64,000 nucleotides of DNA from an uncultured Alphaproteobacteria bacterium (GTDB taxonomy: Bacteria > Pseudomonadota > Alphaproteobacteria > Sphingomonadales > Sphingomonadaceae), in contig CAWBKC010000005.1 of the NCBI GenBank assembly GCA_963789305.1, positions 284,910 through 348,909 on the forward strand, in the 5' to 3' direction. The notes under the pieces are model-generated. The model was not told where the DNA came from and searched no databases. It saw only the letters and a list, made by a program, of their open reading frames with translations. Below, piece after piece: positions 12,417 through 23,903 of this stretch (the first letter of the stretch is position 1; each line of letters opens with the position of its first letter). The translations under genes were made by a program, and so were the position numbers.

Positions 12417-13073
12417 TTGCTGATGGGCGTGCGCACCGGCTTGCTCGGCGGCAGCTTCAATCCTGCGCATGGAGGGCACCGGCGCATATCCCTGTTCGCC
12501 ATGGATGCGCTGGGGCTGGACGAGGTCTGGTGGCTGGTTTCCCCCGGCAATCCGCTCAAACCCACGGAAGGCATGGCGTCATTGCAGGCGCGCTATCGCA
12601 GTGCCGTCAAAATGGCCCGGCGCGCACCTATCCGGCTGACGGCGATCGAGCGCGAGCTGGGAACCCGCTATACCGTCGATACGCTGCAAAAGATCACCCG
12701 CCGTTTCCCGAAGCGCGACTTTCTCTGGCTGATGGGGTCGGACAATCTGGCGTCGTTTCATAAGTGGAAGGACTGGCGCGATATTGCGCGCATCATGCCG
12801 ATTGCGACAATTGCCCGCCCGGGCTATGATGCGGCTGCTATTGCCAGCCCCGCAATGGCATGGCTGGCCCCGAACCGCGTTTCGCCAGCTGTCTTTCGCA
12901 ATCGGGGCCATTGGAGTGCGCCGACACTGGTGATGATGCGTTTCGATCCCGACCCGCGCTCGGCCACGGCAATTCGCCGCGCCGATCCGGAATGGGCCGC
13001 GCGGCTGGCCGACGGCCCGCTGCGCGATCAGGTGACGCATCGGCCCATTCCCAGCGAGAGCACGACCGCTTGA
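12417..13073 (+). CDS. nadD: Nicotinate-nucleotide adenylyltransferase
   Basis: GGSFNPAHGGH, WLVSPGNPLK, WLMGSDN. Confidence 0.95.
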   Translation: MLMGVRTGLLGGSFNPAHGGHRRISLFAMDALGLDEVWWLVSPGNPLKPTEGMASLQARYRSAVKMARRAPIRLTAIERELGTRYTVDTLQKITRRFPKRDFLWLMGSDNLASFHKWKDWRDIARIMPIATIARPGYDAAAIASPAMAWLAPNRVSPAVFRNRGHWSAPTLVMMRFDPDPRSATAIRRADPEWAARLADGPLRDQVTHRPIPSESTTA

Positions 13074-13143
13074 CGGGCGCGACTCGCAAATTGCCCGCAC
13101 GCACCCCACATCTCTGCCATGACAGGAGTAAGCATTTCGCCGA

Positions 13144-13591
13144 TGACACAGGCGCACACCGATATGTCCCATCCAGACCCCTCCACGACCATGCCTGCTG
13201 ATTCCAGCGGCGATCTGTCCGAAAATCCGCTCGATCATGCAGAGCCGGGCTCGCTTCACCATCTGGTGCTGAAGCAGCTGGACGACGATCAGGCGCAGGA
13301 AATGGTTTCGATTCCGCTCGCCGGGAAAAGCTCGATTGCGGATCACATGATGATCGCCTCGGGCCGTTCGTACGCGGCAGGTTGCCTCGATGGCGCAGAA
13401 GCTGGCCGAGACGGTGAAGCAGGCGGGGCTTCGGCCCTGTCCGCCTCGAAGGTCTGCCCGCCGCCGACTGGGTTCTGGTCGATTGCGGCGACGTGGTGGT
13501 GCACCTGTTCCGCCCCGAAGTACGCAGCTTCTACAATCTGGAACGCATGTGGGCGTTTGGCGACGCTCCGCCTGTCGGCGGAAACGTCTGA
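13144..13591 (+). CDS. rsfS: Ribosome silencing factor, apparent indels; start uncertain
   Basis: LDDDQAQE...IADHMMIASGRS, then DWVLVDCGDVVVHLFRPEVRSFYNLERMW in another frame; nadD-rsfS-rlmH synteny. Confidence 0.88.
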
Positions 13592-13637
13592 CATCCGGGC
13601 GATCGTGCCGGATTTCTCCGGTTGAGAGCGTCTATCC

Positions 13638-14063
13638 ATGCTCCTCCACATCATCGCTCGCGGAAAGATTGCCCGCTCGCCGGAGGCGGACCTCGTGGCG
13701 CGGTACGAGAAGCGCCTGACGTGGCCGGTGAAACTGACCGAATTGCCTGAAACCGGCGGACGCGTGCCCGAGGCGCCTACCCCTTTCCGCACCGTCCTGC
13801 TGGACGAGCGCGGCAAGGACATTTCGTCGGAAAAGCTGGCTTCGGTATTGGGCCGTTGGCGCGATGACGGCATTCGCGAAACCCGCTTCGTGCTGGGCGC
13901 CGCAGACGGACATTCGCGCTCAGGAACGCTGCCGAAGCCGACCTGCTGCTCGCATTTGGCAGGGCGACCTGGCCGCATCTGCTGGCCCGCGCGATGCTGA
14001 TGGAGCAGCTCTACCGCGCAACCGACGATCCTTGCGGGCCACCCCTATCATCGGGCAGGCTGA
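13638..14063 (+). CDS. rlmH: 23S rRNA m3Psi1915 methyltransferase, apparent indels
   Basis: [38 protein letters not shown]. Confidence 0.9.
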
Positions 14064-14067
14064 GCGC

Positions 14068-15311
14068 ATGAGCCCGCGCCTGCCCCATGCTTGCCCTATG
14101 TGCCTCCGGCGTGCTCGGTATCGCGGCGCTTCTGACGGCCCCCGGTACGGCGCAGCAAGACAGTGCTTTCGACAGTCCCGAGGCGACCCGCGCTGCAATG
14201 CAGCGTGCGGAGGCAGAGGCGAAGCGCGCCCAGCAGCGCGGCGCGCAGCTGGAAGCGGAGGCTGCCAAGGCTACCGCAGAGGCCGAAAAAACGGCCCAGC
14301 AAGCCGCTGCCCTTGCGGCCCGAATTCAGCAGGCCGAGGCCGGTATCGCGGCAGCGGAGGCCCGGCTTTCTCTGATCGCAGAACGAGCGCAGCAAGCTCG
14401 ACCGGCAATTGGCCGAGCGGCGCGAGCCGTTGGTCCGCCTTACCGCGGCACTGCAGAACTTTGCCCGCCGCCCCTTGGCCCTCTCGGCCCTGAAGCCCGG
14501 TTCTCTGCGAGAAACCGTGTATCTGAGCGCGCTTCTCGAATTCGACCGTTCCGCAGGTCCGCCAACGGACCGCGGCTCTCGCGCAGCTCGATCGCTCGCG
14601 GCGAGGCTCTGGCACGGGAGGCCGATCAGGCCATTGCCAGTCTGCGCGAGCAGGAGGAGACGCTCGGCGTCAGGCAGCGCGAGCTCGCCGCAATCGAAAG
14701 CAGGCAGCGCATCGTTTCGCGGCAGGCAAGCGGGGCCGCCGCGCGCGAGACAGAGAGGGCGCTGGCCCTGTCGGAAGAAGCGCGCGACCTGTCGGGCCTG
14801 GTGCGTGAATTATCGACCGCGGCAGAATTGCGGGAAGAACTCGCCGCATTGCCGGGACCGGTCCTGCGGCCATCCTCCGGAGGTGCTGCTCCGGCGGGCG
14901 TGTCCAGCGCGCCGACCGCAACGCCCAGCGCCCGAAGCCGGCTGGCCCCTGTGGACCTGCAACTTCCGGTTGCGGGCCGGACCGTCACCGGTTTCGGCTC
15001 CATGACGCGGTCCGGTGTGCGTTCCCAAGGGTTGACCATCGTCCCGCGCGGCGGGGCGCAAGTCATCGCCCCCGCAGCAGGCCGGGTCGCCTTTGCCGGT
15101 CCATATCGCGGTTTCGGACGGATCGTGATTCTCGAACATGGCGGCGGCTGGACCAGTCTTGTTACCGGCCTTGCGCGCAGCGACGTGGATGTCGGAGAAG
15201 AGCTGGTGGCAGGCGCGCCGCTCGGTGTTGCCGGGGTCGAGGATCCCGAAGTCACGCTGGAACTGCGGCGTGGTGCAGACGGCGGTCAATCCGCTCGATT
15301 TCATCGGCTGA
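14068..15311 (+). CDS. Murein hydrolase activator EnvC-like (coiled coil plus degenerate M23), apparent indels
   Basis: Signal peptide, long coiled coil, [23 protein letters not shown] without Zn ligands; upstream of S41 peptidase. Confidence 0.85.
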
Positions 15312-15423
15312 TCGTTAGCAAACGCGCGATCGGGTGGCCCGCAGCGGGACGGTGGCCTAAATCCTCATCTTCCGTTCACGCCTGATGCGCGATAGTGTCG
15401 GCCTGTTCCGGAGAACCAGACAT

Positions 15424-16789
15424 ATGAAATTCGCCCCCCTCATCCGCTCAGCCGCACTGGTCACTGCCGTGGCGCTGATCCCGGCGACGACAGCCGGCTT
15501 CGCGCAGGTCGATGGCCGCGCCGGCCCGGAATTTGCCAAGCTGTTCGCGACCTATCAGCGGATCAAGGCGACCTATGTCGACGAGGTCGACAACGAAAAG
15601 CTGATGCGCGGCGCGATCGACGGGATGCTCGGCAGTCGCTCGATCCGCATTCTGCTTATCTCGACGGCAGCGATCTGCAGCGCCTCGAAACGATGATCGA
15701 CGGCAATTATTCCGGCCTCGGCCTGTCGGTCATCATGGATGACGGCGCGGTCAAGGTCATCTCGCCCATTCCGCGGCAGCCCGGCGGAGCAGGCCGGCGT
15801 GAAGGCCGGCGATTTCATCACCCATCTCGACGGCAAGCTGATCTACGGCGGCGATCTGGACGATGCGGTGGCAGCAGATGCGCGGCCAGGCCGGGACGCG
15901 ATATCACGCCTGACGATCTTCCGCCCGGGCCGCGACGAACCGTTCGATGTGACCGTGACGCGCGGCGTGATCGAGCTGGAGCCGGTCACGCATGAGCTGA
16001 TGGACGGCAATATCGGCGTCATCAGCGTGAACGAGTTCTCCCGCGATGTCGGCGCGATGTCTATGCCGCCTGGGATGCGCTGAAGCAGGAAGCATCGGGC
16101 CGCATGAACGGCCTGGTGCTCGACCTGCGGTCCAATCCGGGCGGCTCGCTGGATGAAGCGGTGGCGCTGTCCGACCTGTTCCTCGATAACGGGCAGCATC
16201 GTTTCGCAGCGCGGGCGCGAGCGGCAGCGAGAACATCTATTACGAAGCCGAAACCGATGTTCCGCGGCGATATGGCCAAGGGCGTGCCGATCGTGGTGCT
16301 GATCGATGCAGGCTCCGCCTCGGCGAGCGAGATCGTTGCGGGCGCGCTGCAGGATCACCGCCGCGCGCTGGTGATGGGCGAACGCAGCTTCGGCAAGGGC
16401 AGCGTGCAGTCGCTGCTGCCGCTGGGCCGCGATGCTGCGCTGAAACTGACGACGGCGCGCTATTACACGCCGTCGGGCCATTCGGTGCAGGAAGGCGGTA
16501 TCAAGCCCGATATCAAGGTGCCGCAGTTGTCCGATCCCGATCTGGCCAGGCGCGACGAAATACCAGATGCGCGAAAGCGATTTGCGCGGCCATCTGGTCA
16601 ACGAGCTCGGCCTGAAGGACGAAGAGCTGGAGAACGACAAGACGATCGATCCGCGCTTCATCAAGACGGCCGAGGAACTGGAGGCAGCAAGGCATCGAGG
16701 ATTTCCAGCTGCATTACGCGCTGAAAACCCTGCGCCGCACTACGCGCAGCTCAGTTGCCGCGGCGCTAGGCAGTAACGCGGTGACGTGA
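15424..16789 (+). CDS. S41 carboxyl-terminal processing peptidase (CtpA-like), many apparent indels; end approximate
   Basis: PDZ GLGL, DLRSNPGG, SASASEIVAGALQD, SFGKGSVQ, TTARYYTPSG. Confidence 0.9.
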
Positions 16790-17265
16790 CTGAAACTCCG
16801 TCGCTGAGCTTGGCGCAGCAGATCTCGCGCTCGGCGTACCGGCGCTGCTGCTCGGCGGGGCGTATATGTCGCAATACGGCTTCGGCCTGTACCCGTGCGA
16901 AATGTGCTGGTGGCAGCGCTGGCCGCATTTTGCCGCGATTGCTCTCGGTGCTGGCGCCGAGTTTCGCCGGCCCGTCGCGGATCTGGATCGCGCTTGCCGC
17001 CCTCGCCATCCTGACTTCCGGCCTGATCGGCGGGTTTCACGCAGGCGTCGAATATGGCTGGTGGGAAGGCATTACCGGCTGCGCGCAGCCAGCACCGTCG
17101 CCGCCGGCGATGCGCTCGATGCGATCATGAATGCGCCGCTCGTCCGCTGCGATCAGGCACCATGGGACTTGCTGGGCGTTTCACTGGCAGGATGGAATTT
17201 CCTGATCTCCGACCGGCAGCGGCAGCTGTCGATCCTGTGGCTGCTCGGACGGCAAGCGACCATGA
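16786..17265 (+). CDS. Disulfide bond formation protein B family, apparent indels
   Basis: YPCEMCWWQRWPH, HAGVEYGWW, VRCD...W..LGVSLAGWN. Confidence 0.85.
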
Positions 17266-17814
17266 CGCAGCTGAACGAACAGACCAATGACCAGCAAGAC
17301 GAAATCGACCGGATGATCCGGGTGGATCAGGCCGGCGAATTCGGCGCGACCCGGATTTACGAGGGCCAGCTCGCCGTCATGGGCGACCGCGGCCCGCACT
17401 CGGCGTGAAATTCGCGCGATGGCGCGGCAGGAAGCCGTGCACCGCGCAGAATTCGATGCGCTGATGGCCGAGCGCGGCGTGCGCCCGACCGCCTGCAGCC
17501 GTTCTGGCATGCGGCGGGCTATGCGCTTGGCGCAGCGACCGCCCTGATCGGGCCGGAAGCGGCGATGGCCTGCACCGCTGCGGTCGAAGACGGAAATCGA
17601 CAAGCATTATTCCGACCAGCTGGACGAGTTGGAGGAAAGCGGCGCCGATCCGGAACTGGCCGGCATGATCGAGCGAATTCCGCGAGGACGAGCGCGAGCA
17701 CCGCGATGCGGCACTGGCGGCGGGGGCCGAAAATGCGCCGGCCTATCCGCTGCTTGTCCGGCATCATCCGCCTCGGCTGCAGGGTGGCCATCCGCTGTCA
17801 GCGAACGAGTTTGA
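17262..17814 (+). CDS. coq7: Demethoxyubiquinone hydroxylase (Coq7 family), apparent indels
   Basis: [27 protein letters not shown], di-iron ExxH motifs. Confidence 0.88.
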
Positions 17815-17920
17815 GCGCGAACGCGCTCTTGCATGGCGCTCATTCAGCCACTTCAGACGATATTCAGCGCCGAAGCTGCTAATGAGCGGCAATCACGCCC
17901 GATCCAAAGGTAGAGACCCG

Positions 17921-18530
17921 ATGCAACTGCGCACTTTCGCTGCCTCCCGCTTGCCGCCGCTGCTCATGGCGGCCGCCTCGCCTGCCGCTGCGCAGGATGA
18001 CGCCGGACGACCGGGTCAATCATGGTCATCGTCTATGGCGATGACGATGTGCAGCCGACCGCGACTGCGGACGAGATTGTCGTTGTCGCGCGCCAGCCCG
18101 AGAGCGAGCGCTATCGCATTCCGCGAAACCTGCGCCTCAGCGACGATCCGGCCAACACGGCGTGGGCCGAGCGGGTCGAAAGCTTCGAATTGGTCGGCGA
18201 TTTCGGCACCCTGTCATGCTCGCCCACGGGCGCGGGCGGCTCTACCGGCTGTACGCAGGAACTGATCGACGCGGCTTATGGCGAAAAGCGCGAAAGCTGC
18301 CGGCGTGCGCTTCGGCCAGTTGATCGCAGAAGCGCGTGCCGCGCGCCTGTCGACCATCGATGAGGATGCAGCGATCCGAGCAGGAGCGAGTCGAAGCGAT
18401 CGAGCGCGAATATCTCGAGCGGCTGGAGCGTGAACGCGCAGCGCCTGTTGCCGCGACGAAGATGACCGATGCACCGCCGCTGCCATTGCTGATCGACCCG
18501 AACGGCGACGCTGATATGGCATCCGGATAG
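17921..18530 (+). CDS. Secreted hypothetical protein, apparent indels
   Basis: Signal peptide ending PAAAQD; VIVYGDD...EIVV.AR.PESERYRIP...SCSPTGAGGSTGC; C-terminal coiled coil. Confidence 0.6.
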
Positions 18531-18568
18531 CGGCGAGTAGATCGTTGGGCGAAACGGCTAGGCTCGCT

Positions 18569-18587
18569 TTAACCGTTCGATGGTTAA
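18569..18587. promoter_or_regulatory. Inverted TTAACC repeat (CtrA half-site-like) upstream of wecB
   Basis: TTAACCGT-TCG-ATGGTTAA; minus strand contains TTAACCAT. Confidence 0.4.
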
Positions 18588-18598
18588 TGGCGGCTGCC

Positions 18599-19733
18599 AT
18601 GACCACGCGCACCATTCTGACCGTTTTCGGCACCCGTCCCGAAGCCATCAAGCTGTTCCCGCTGGTCCATGCGCTGGATGCGGATGAGCGGTTCGACAGC
18701 CGCGTATCTGCGTGTCGGGCCAGCATCGCGGGATGCTCGATCAGGTGCTCGAGATCGCCGGTATCGCGCCCGCATCACGATCTCGACGTCATGCAGCCCG
18801 ACCAGACGCTCGATGCGCTGACGGCGCGCCTGCTCACCGGGCATTGGCGAGGTGATGGACGCGCGAAAAGCCCGACTGGGTGGTCGTGCAGGGCGATACC
18901 GCCACCGCCATGTGCGGCGCGCTGGCTGCCTATTACCGCAAGATCCCGGTCTGCCATGTCGAGGCCGGCCTGCGCAGCGGCAATATCTACCATCCCTGGC
19001 CCGAAGAGGTGAACCGCAAGATCATCGGCAGCTTGGCCGCGCTGCATTGCGCGCCGACCGAGACGTCTGCGCGGCCGCGCTTGCTGCGCGAGAATGTCGA
19101 TCCGGCGATCGTTCATGTGACCGGCAATACGGTCATCGATGCGCTGCACTGGGTCACCGAACGAAATTGGCGGCGAACCCGGCGCTGGCCAGCCGGTCTG
19201 GCCGATCTGGAAGCGCGCTTTGCCGGCAAGCGCATCATCGGCGTGACCAGCCACCGGCGCGAGAATTTCGGCGATGGCATGCGAAGCGATTGCCGATGCG
19301 ATGCGCGGCATCGCGGCGCGTGACGACGTCGCAATGATCTTCCCCGTCCATCTCAACCCCAATGTCCGCGCCGTCATGAACGAAGCGCTGGACGGGCTCG
19401 ACAATGTCGCGCTGATCGAACCGCTCGATTATCCGCATTTCGCCCGCCTGCTCGATATCAGCCACTCTGATGCTGACCGATAGCGGCGGCGTGCAGGAAG
19501 AAGCGCCTGCGCTCGGCAAACCCGTGCTGGTCATGCGCGAGACGACCGAGCGGCCCGAAGGCGTCGAAGCCGGCACCGCAAAACTGGTCGGAACCGATGC
19601 CGACACGATTGTCGCAGAAGCCAACCGGCTGCTCGATGATCGCGGCCGCCTATGCGGCCATGGCGCAAGCGCATAACCCCTTTGGCGACGGGCATTCGTC
19701 GCAGCGGATCGCGGATCTGCTGGCCGTAACTGA
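18599..19733 (+). CDS. wecB: UDP-N-acetylglucosamine 2-epimerase, apparent indels; end approximate
   Basis: [46 protein letters not shown]. Confidence 0.93.
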
Positions 19734-19828
19734 CGCTCCGCAGACTAGCGCATCGTTACCGCAATATTTACCTCGTCCTGCGCAAGACTCGGCTGCGAAA
19801 CGTACAGCTTGCAGGACAGTGACCACTC

Positions 19829-21145
19829 ATGCGCGGCGAACATCAAACCGGACGTCTGTGTTATCGGTCTTGGCTATATCGGCCTGCCGACAGCGGCGGT
19901 CATTGCCCGCGCCGGTTGCCCGGTGACTCGGCGTCGATGTGATCGCAGAGCGTCGTCGACACGATCAATCGCGGCGAAATTCATATCGAGGAAGTCGATC
20001 TCGACGGGCTCGTGCAGCGCGGTCGTCCAGCGCGGGACGCTGAAGGCCTCCACGCAGGTTCAGCCCGCCGATGTCTTCGTCATCGCCGTACCGACGCCGT
20101 TTGCGAAGGACGGCAATCACACGCCCGACACTCAGCTACGTGATGAGCGCCGCGACCGAAGTGGCCGGCGTGCTGAAAGCGGGCGATACGATCATCCTCG
20201 AATCGACCTCTCCGGTCGGCACGACCGAGGAGATGCGCGATCTGATCGCAGGCTTGCGCCCCGATCTCGCGATGCCGGGCCTGTCACGAGCGAAACGCCC
20301 GATATTTCGATCGCCTATTGCCCGGAGCGCGTGCTGCCCGGCAAGATCCTCGAAGAGCTGATCCACAACGATCGCTCCATCGGCGGCATCACGCCGCGCT
20401 GCGCCCGCAAGGCGCTGGCCTTCTACAAACGCTTCGTGCGCGGCGAACTGCGTGACCACCGATGCCGCGCAGTGCGGAAATGACCAAGCTGGTCGAAAAC
20501 GCCTATCGCGACACCAACATCGCTTTCGCCAACGAACTGTCGATGATTGCCGACGCACATGGGCCTCGACGTCTGGGAGGTCATCCGGCTGGCCAATCGC
20601 CATCCGCGCGTGAATATCCTGCAGCCCGGCCCCGGCGTCGGCGGACACTGCATCGCGGTCGATCCGTGGTTCATCGTCCACGGCGCGCCGGAACAGTCGC
20701 GCATGATCCGCACAGGCGCGCGAAGTGAACGATGCGCAAGATGCACCACGTGCTCGCCCAGGCGAACGCGCTGGTCGAAGACAATCCCGGCATGCGCAGG
20801 TCGCCTGCCTCGGCCTCGCTTTCAAAGCGAACATCGACGATTTCCGCGAAAGCCCCGCGCGCTTTGTCGCCGCCAGCACTGGCGCGCGAATATGGCGACC
20901 GGGTCAACGTTGTCGAACCCTATGCCGCAGAGCTGCCGACGGAATTCGAGGGCACCGGCGCAAAGCTGGTCGATATCGATACTGCGCTGGAAACTTGCGG
21001 CGTCCTGATCGTGCTGGTCGACCATGACGTCTTCAAGGTCATCCCGGCCGAAGAGCGCGGCAATGCGGCGATTTACGATACGCGCGGCATCTGGCCCGAT
21101 GCGCGGGTCAAGCCTGCCGCTCCGGGTCTGCGTCTCGCCAGCTAG
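19829..21145 (+). CDS. wecC: UDP-N-acetyl-D-mannosamine dehydrogenase, apparent indels
   Basis: [56 protein letters not shown]. Confidence 0.93.
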
Positions 21146-21163
21146 GAGTTCCGGCGCGGGATT

Positions 21164-22147
21164 TCAGACCCCGTGATAGCCGCGATACCATTCGACGAAT
21201 TTCGGGACACCGACTGCCACGCTTGTGGTTGGCTCGTAACCCAGATCGCTTCGGATCGCTTCGATGTCGGCATAGGTCTTGTGCACATCGCCTGGCTGCA
21301 TGGGGAGCATTTCCATCTCGGCTTTCATGCCGATGGCATCTTCCAGAACCGCGATGACATCCATCAGCTTTTCGGATGCGTGGTTGCCGATATTGTATAG
21401 CGCGTGCGGCTTCACGCTGCCGCCCGCCTTTGGCGCGCCATCATCGGCCGGCGGATTGTCCACGCAGGCCACCACGCCAGAAACGATGTCGTCGATAAAC
21501 GTGAAGTCCCGGTACATATCGCCGTTATTGAAAACCGGAATGGTTTCCTGCGCGAGGATCCGCTTGGTGAACTTCCACAACATCATGTCCGGTCGACCCC
21601 ATGGGCCATAGACCGTGAAAAACCTCAGCCCGGTCAGCGGAATGCGGTAGAGATGGGCGTAGGTCTCGCTCATCAATTCGTCCGCTTTCTTGGTCGCGGC
21701 GTAGAGCGAAACGGGATGGTCGGCCCTGTCTTCGACCGCGAAGGGCAGTTTTGTGTTGCCGCCATAAACACTTGAAGAGCTGGCATACACCATCGGAATT
21801 TCGCGCGCGCGTGCAACTTCCAGCATGTTCACATGGCCGACGAGGTTGGACTGCACATAGGCGTGCGGGTTTTCGATCGAATAGCGGACGCCTGCCTGCG
21901 CGCCGAGATGCACGATGCTGTCGAAGGCTTCGCCTTCCAGTGCCGTGGTCAGTGCAGCATTGTCCGCGAAGTCGACCTTCTTGAAACTGAAGCCGCTCCC
22001 CAGCCGGGCAAGGCGATCTTCCTTCAGGGAGACCTGATAATAGTCGTTGAGATTGTCGATCCCCAGCACGCTGTCGCCTCGCGCCAGCAGGCGCTCGGCC
22101 AAGGCCGCGCCAATAAATCCTGCCGCTCCGGTGATGAGAACCCGCAT
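21164..22147 (-). CDS. UDP-glucuronate 4-epimerase family (SDR)
   Basis: GAAGFIG, HLGAQAGVRYS, YAATKK, RFFTVYGPWGRPDM. Confidence 0.93.
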   Translation of the reverse strand: MRVLITGAAGFIGAALAERLLARGDSVLGIDNLNDYYQVSLKEDRLARLGSGFSFKKVDFADNAALTTALEGEAFDSIVHLGAQAGVRYSIENPHAYVQSNLVGHVNMLEVARAREIPMVYASSSSVYGGNTKLPFAVEDRADHPVSLYAATKKADELMSETYAHLYRIPLTGLRFFTVYGPWGRPDMMLWKFTKRILAQETIPVFNNGDMYRDFTFIDDIVSGVVACVDNPPADDGAPKAGGSVKPHALYNIGNHASEKLMDVIAVLEDAIGMKAEMEMLPMQPGDVHKTYADIEAIRSDLGYEPTTSVAVGVPKFVEWYRGYHGV

Positions 22148-22203
22148 GGTATTTCGCCTTTCGAATGAGGGCCGGCATTACCCGCAAAAGCGCAAATAGC
22201 CGA

Positions 22204-22779
22204 TTAACCCGGGTCCGGAGTTTGGGCCGCCAAGGCCATGGGCTTTGCTGTCGCGGGGATCCCCGTCAGGACTACGGCAGGTCCGGCAGATTTGGTAACG
22301 ACCGCGTTCGCACCGACGGTTACGTCATCGCCCAGCTCGATGGCGCCGATAATCTTCGCTCCGCTGGCAAGGAAGCAGCGGTCGCCAACCACTGGACGCT
22401 CGCCATGGGCGGGATCGATCGATTTCGCGCCAAGCGTGACGTTATGGTAGATAACGGCATGGCTGCCGATGCGATTGGCGCCGATGACCGTGCCCGAACA
22501 ATGCGGCATGAAGAAAGCTGGCCCGATCTCGCAATGCGAACTGATCTCGACGCCGTACAGGAAAAAGTTCCACCATGTCAGCAGCTTGGCCAGCGGCGAG
22601 AGGCCGCGACGCTGGAGCGAATGGGCGAGCCGGTACAGCGCCACGGGCGCGCAGCGCGGGTTCAGGAAATTGCGCCACACCTGCCAGCCGCGCACCTGCC
22701 GCCCCGGCTGCCCGTAATAATGGAAATACCGTTCCAGATCGGACTTCAGCAGGGCAAGAAGCGAATGCCGATCCGTCAT
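22204..22779 (-). CDS. Serine O-acetyltransferase-like hexapeptide acyltransferase (polysaccharide modification)
   Basis: GVEISSHCEIG, IYHNVTLG, GAKIIG, GANAVV, GIPA; ATGA coupling to upstream gene. Confidence 0.85.
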   Translation of the reverse strand: MTDRHSLLALLKSDLERYFHYYGQPGRQVRGWQVWRNFLNPRCAPVALYRLAHSLQRRGLSPLAKLLTWWNFFLYGVEISSHCEIGPAFFMPHCSGTVIGANRIGSHAVIYHNVTLGAKSIDPAHGERPVVGDRCFLASGAKIIGAIELGDDVTVGANAVVTKSAGPAVVLTGIPATAKPMALAAQTPDPG

Positions 22780-23889
22780 GTCGCCGGCGCCAGCGGGGGG
22801 CGTGTCCATTCGCCCGGCTTCAGATGCCGTGCCGAGTGGTCGCCCGTGTGGAATATCTCGTCGATCCATCCGGCAACGCTGTAGCGGTTCCGGATACTTT
22901 CTTCCATCGGCTGCGCCGGAGCGTCCAGAAATCCGGGCGGAATTGCCGGATTTTCCCGGTCGATCAGCGCGAAACGCGCCGGGTCGAAAAACGCATAACG
23001 CGCCAGGTTGCGGTTGGTGCTGACCAGCTTCTTGCCCGCTCCCATCGTTTCGAACGTGCGGATGGTGAGGCCGGTCTGGGCCGGATGTTCGATGTCGAGA
23101 ACCGCGCGGCTTTCCCAGAATATGCGTGCTCCGTCGTCCGGTCCCAATGTCTCGAACTCGAAGTCGCGCGCCCGGGCGCCGCGAAATGCGGGATTTGTCA
23201 GGCGATACGCGGCCAGAACCCAGCGGGCCTGAAGATAGAGATACCAGAATCGCCGAACGTGGCCGGGCAAGGCGGCATCGACCTTTTTCACGACACGGTA
23301 GCGGTCGGTATGTGCCGTTCCGATGAAGGATATGTCGTATTTCTGCCTGCTTTCCGTTGTGCGGCGTCCCGAAACGCGGGGCGAAGAAGAGCGGCCGGAA
23401 GCGCATGGCATGGCCGAGCGCCGCTTCCGGCTCGAAACTGTATGTCCGGTCGAAAAACGGGAGCAGGTCCTTCGCATTCGGCCGGTTGGCGATCGCATCC
23501 CAGATGTAAAACAGGAAAACCGCGTCCGGATGCTGGCTGCGCAAATCGGCGAGAAGTCTGGGCGGGAGCGTCTGCCCGTTCAGGACGAAGACGTAGTCGT
23601 AACTCGTCTGCTCGAAGCCCGAAAGTATCTGCCGGTAATGCCGCTCGGTATGCGCCAGAACCGCTTTCCGGCTGAACCGCGCGGCGGCGTGCATCAGCGG
23701 CGCATCGAACGGGCGATCGGCAAAGAAATCGACCTTTGCCCCGCGCCGTTCCAGCTCGCGCAGGATTTCCTGATCATATCCGAAGAAGCGCGGGGCCGTC
23801 AGCAGTATGCGCGCGCCGTGCAGGTCGATGGACGGCAGTTCATGCGAACCGGCTTTGGCGTGCGCTTGCGTGTCTGTCTGTGACGCCAT
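22776..23889 (-). CDS. Putative polysaccharide glycosyltransferase (CgeB/GT-B-like), apparent indels
   Basis: PRFFGY, FYIWD, FRPLFF, YDISFIGTAHTDRY, QTGLTIRTFETMG across two frames. Confidence 0.65.
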
Positions 23890-23903
23890 CGCGTCCTCTG
23901 TCC

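Noticed and set aside
22204-23889. 561-aa apparent glycosyltransferase-acetyltransferase fusion
   Set aside because: The middle section is out-of-frame junk; the proper GT C-terminus is in another frame and ends with an ATGA overlap at 22776-22779.
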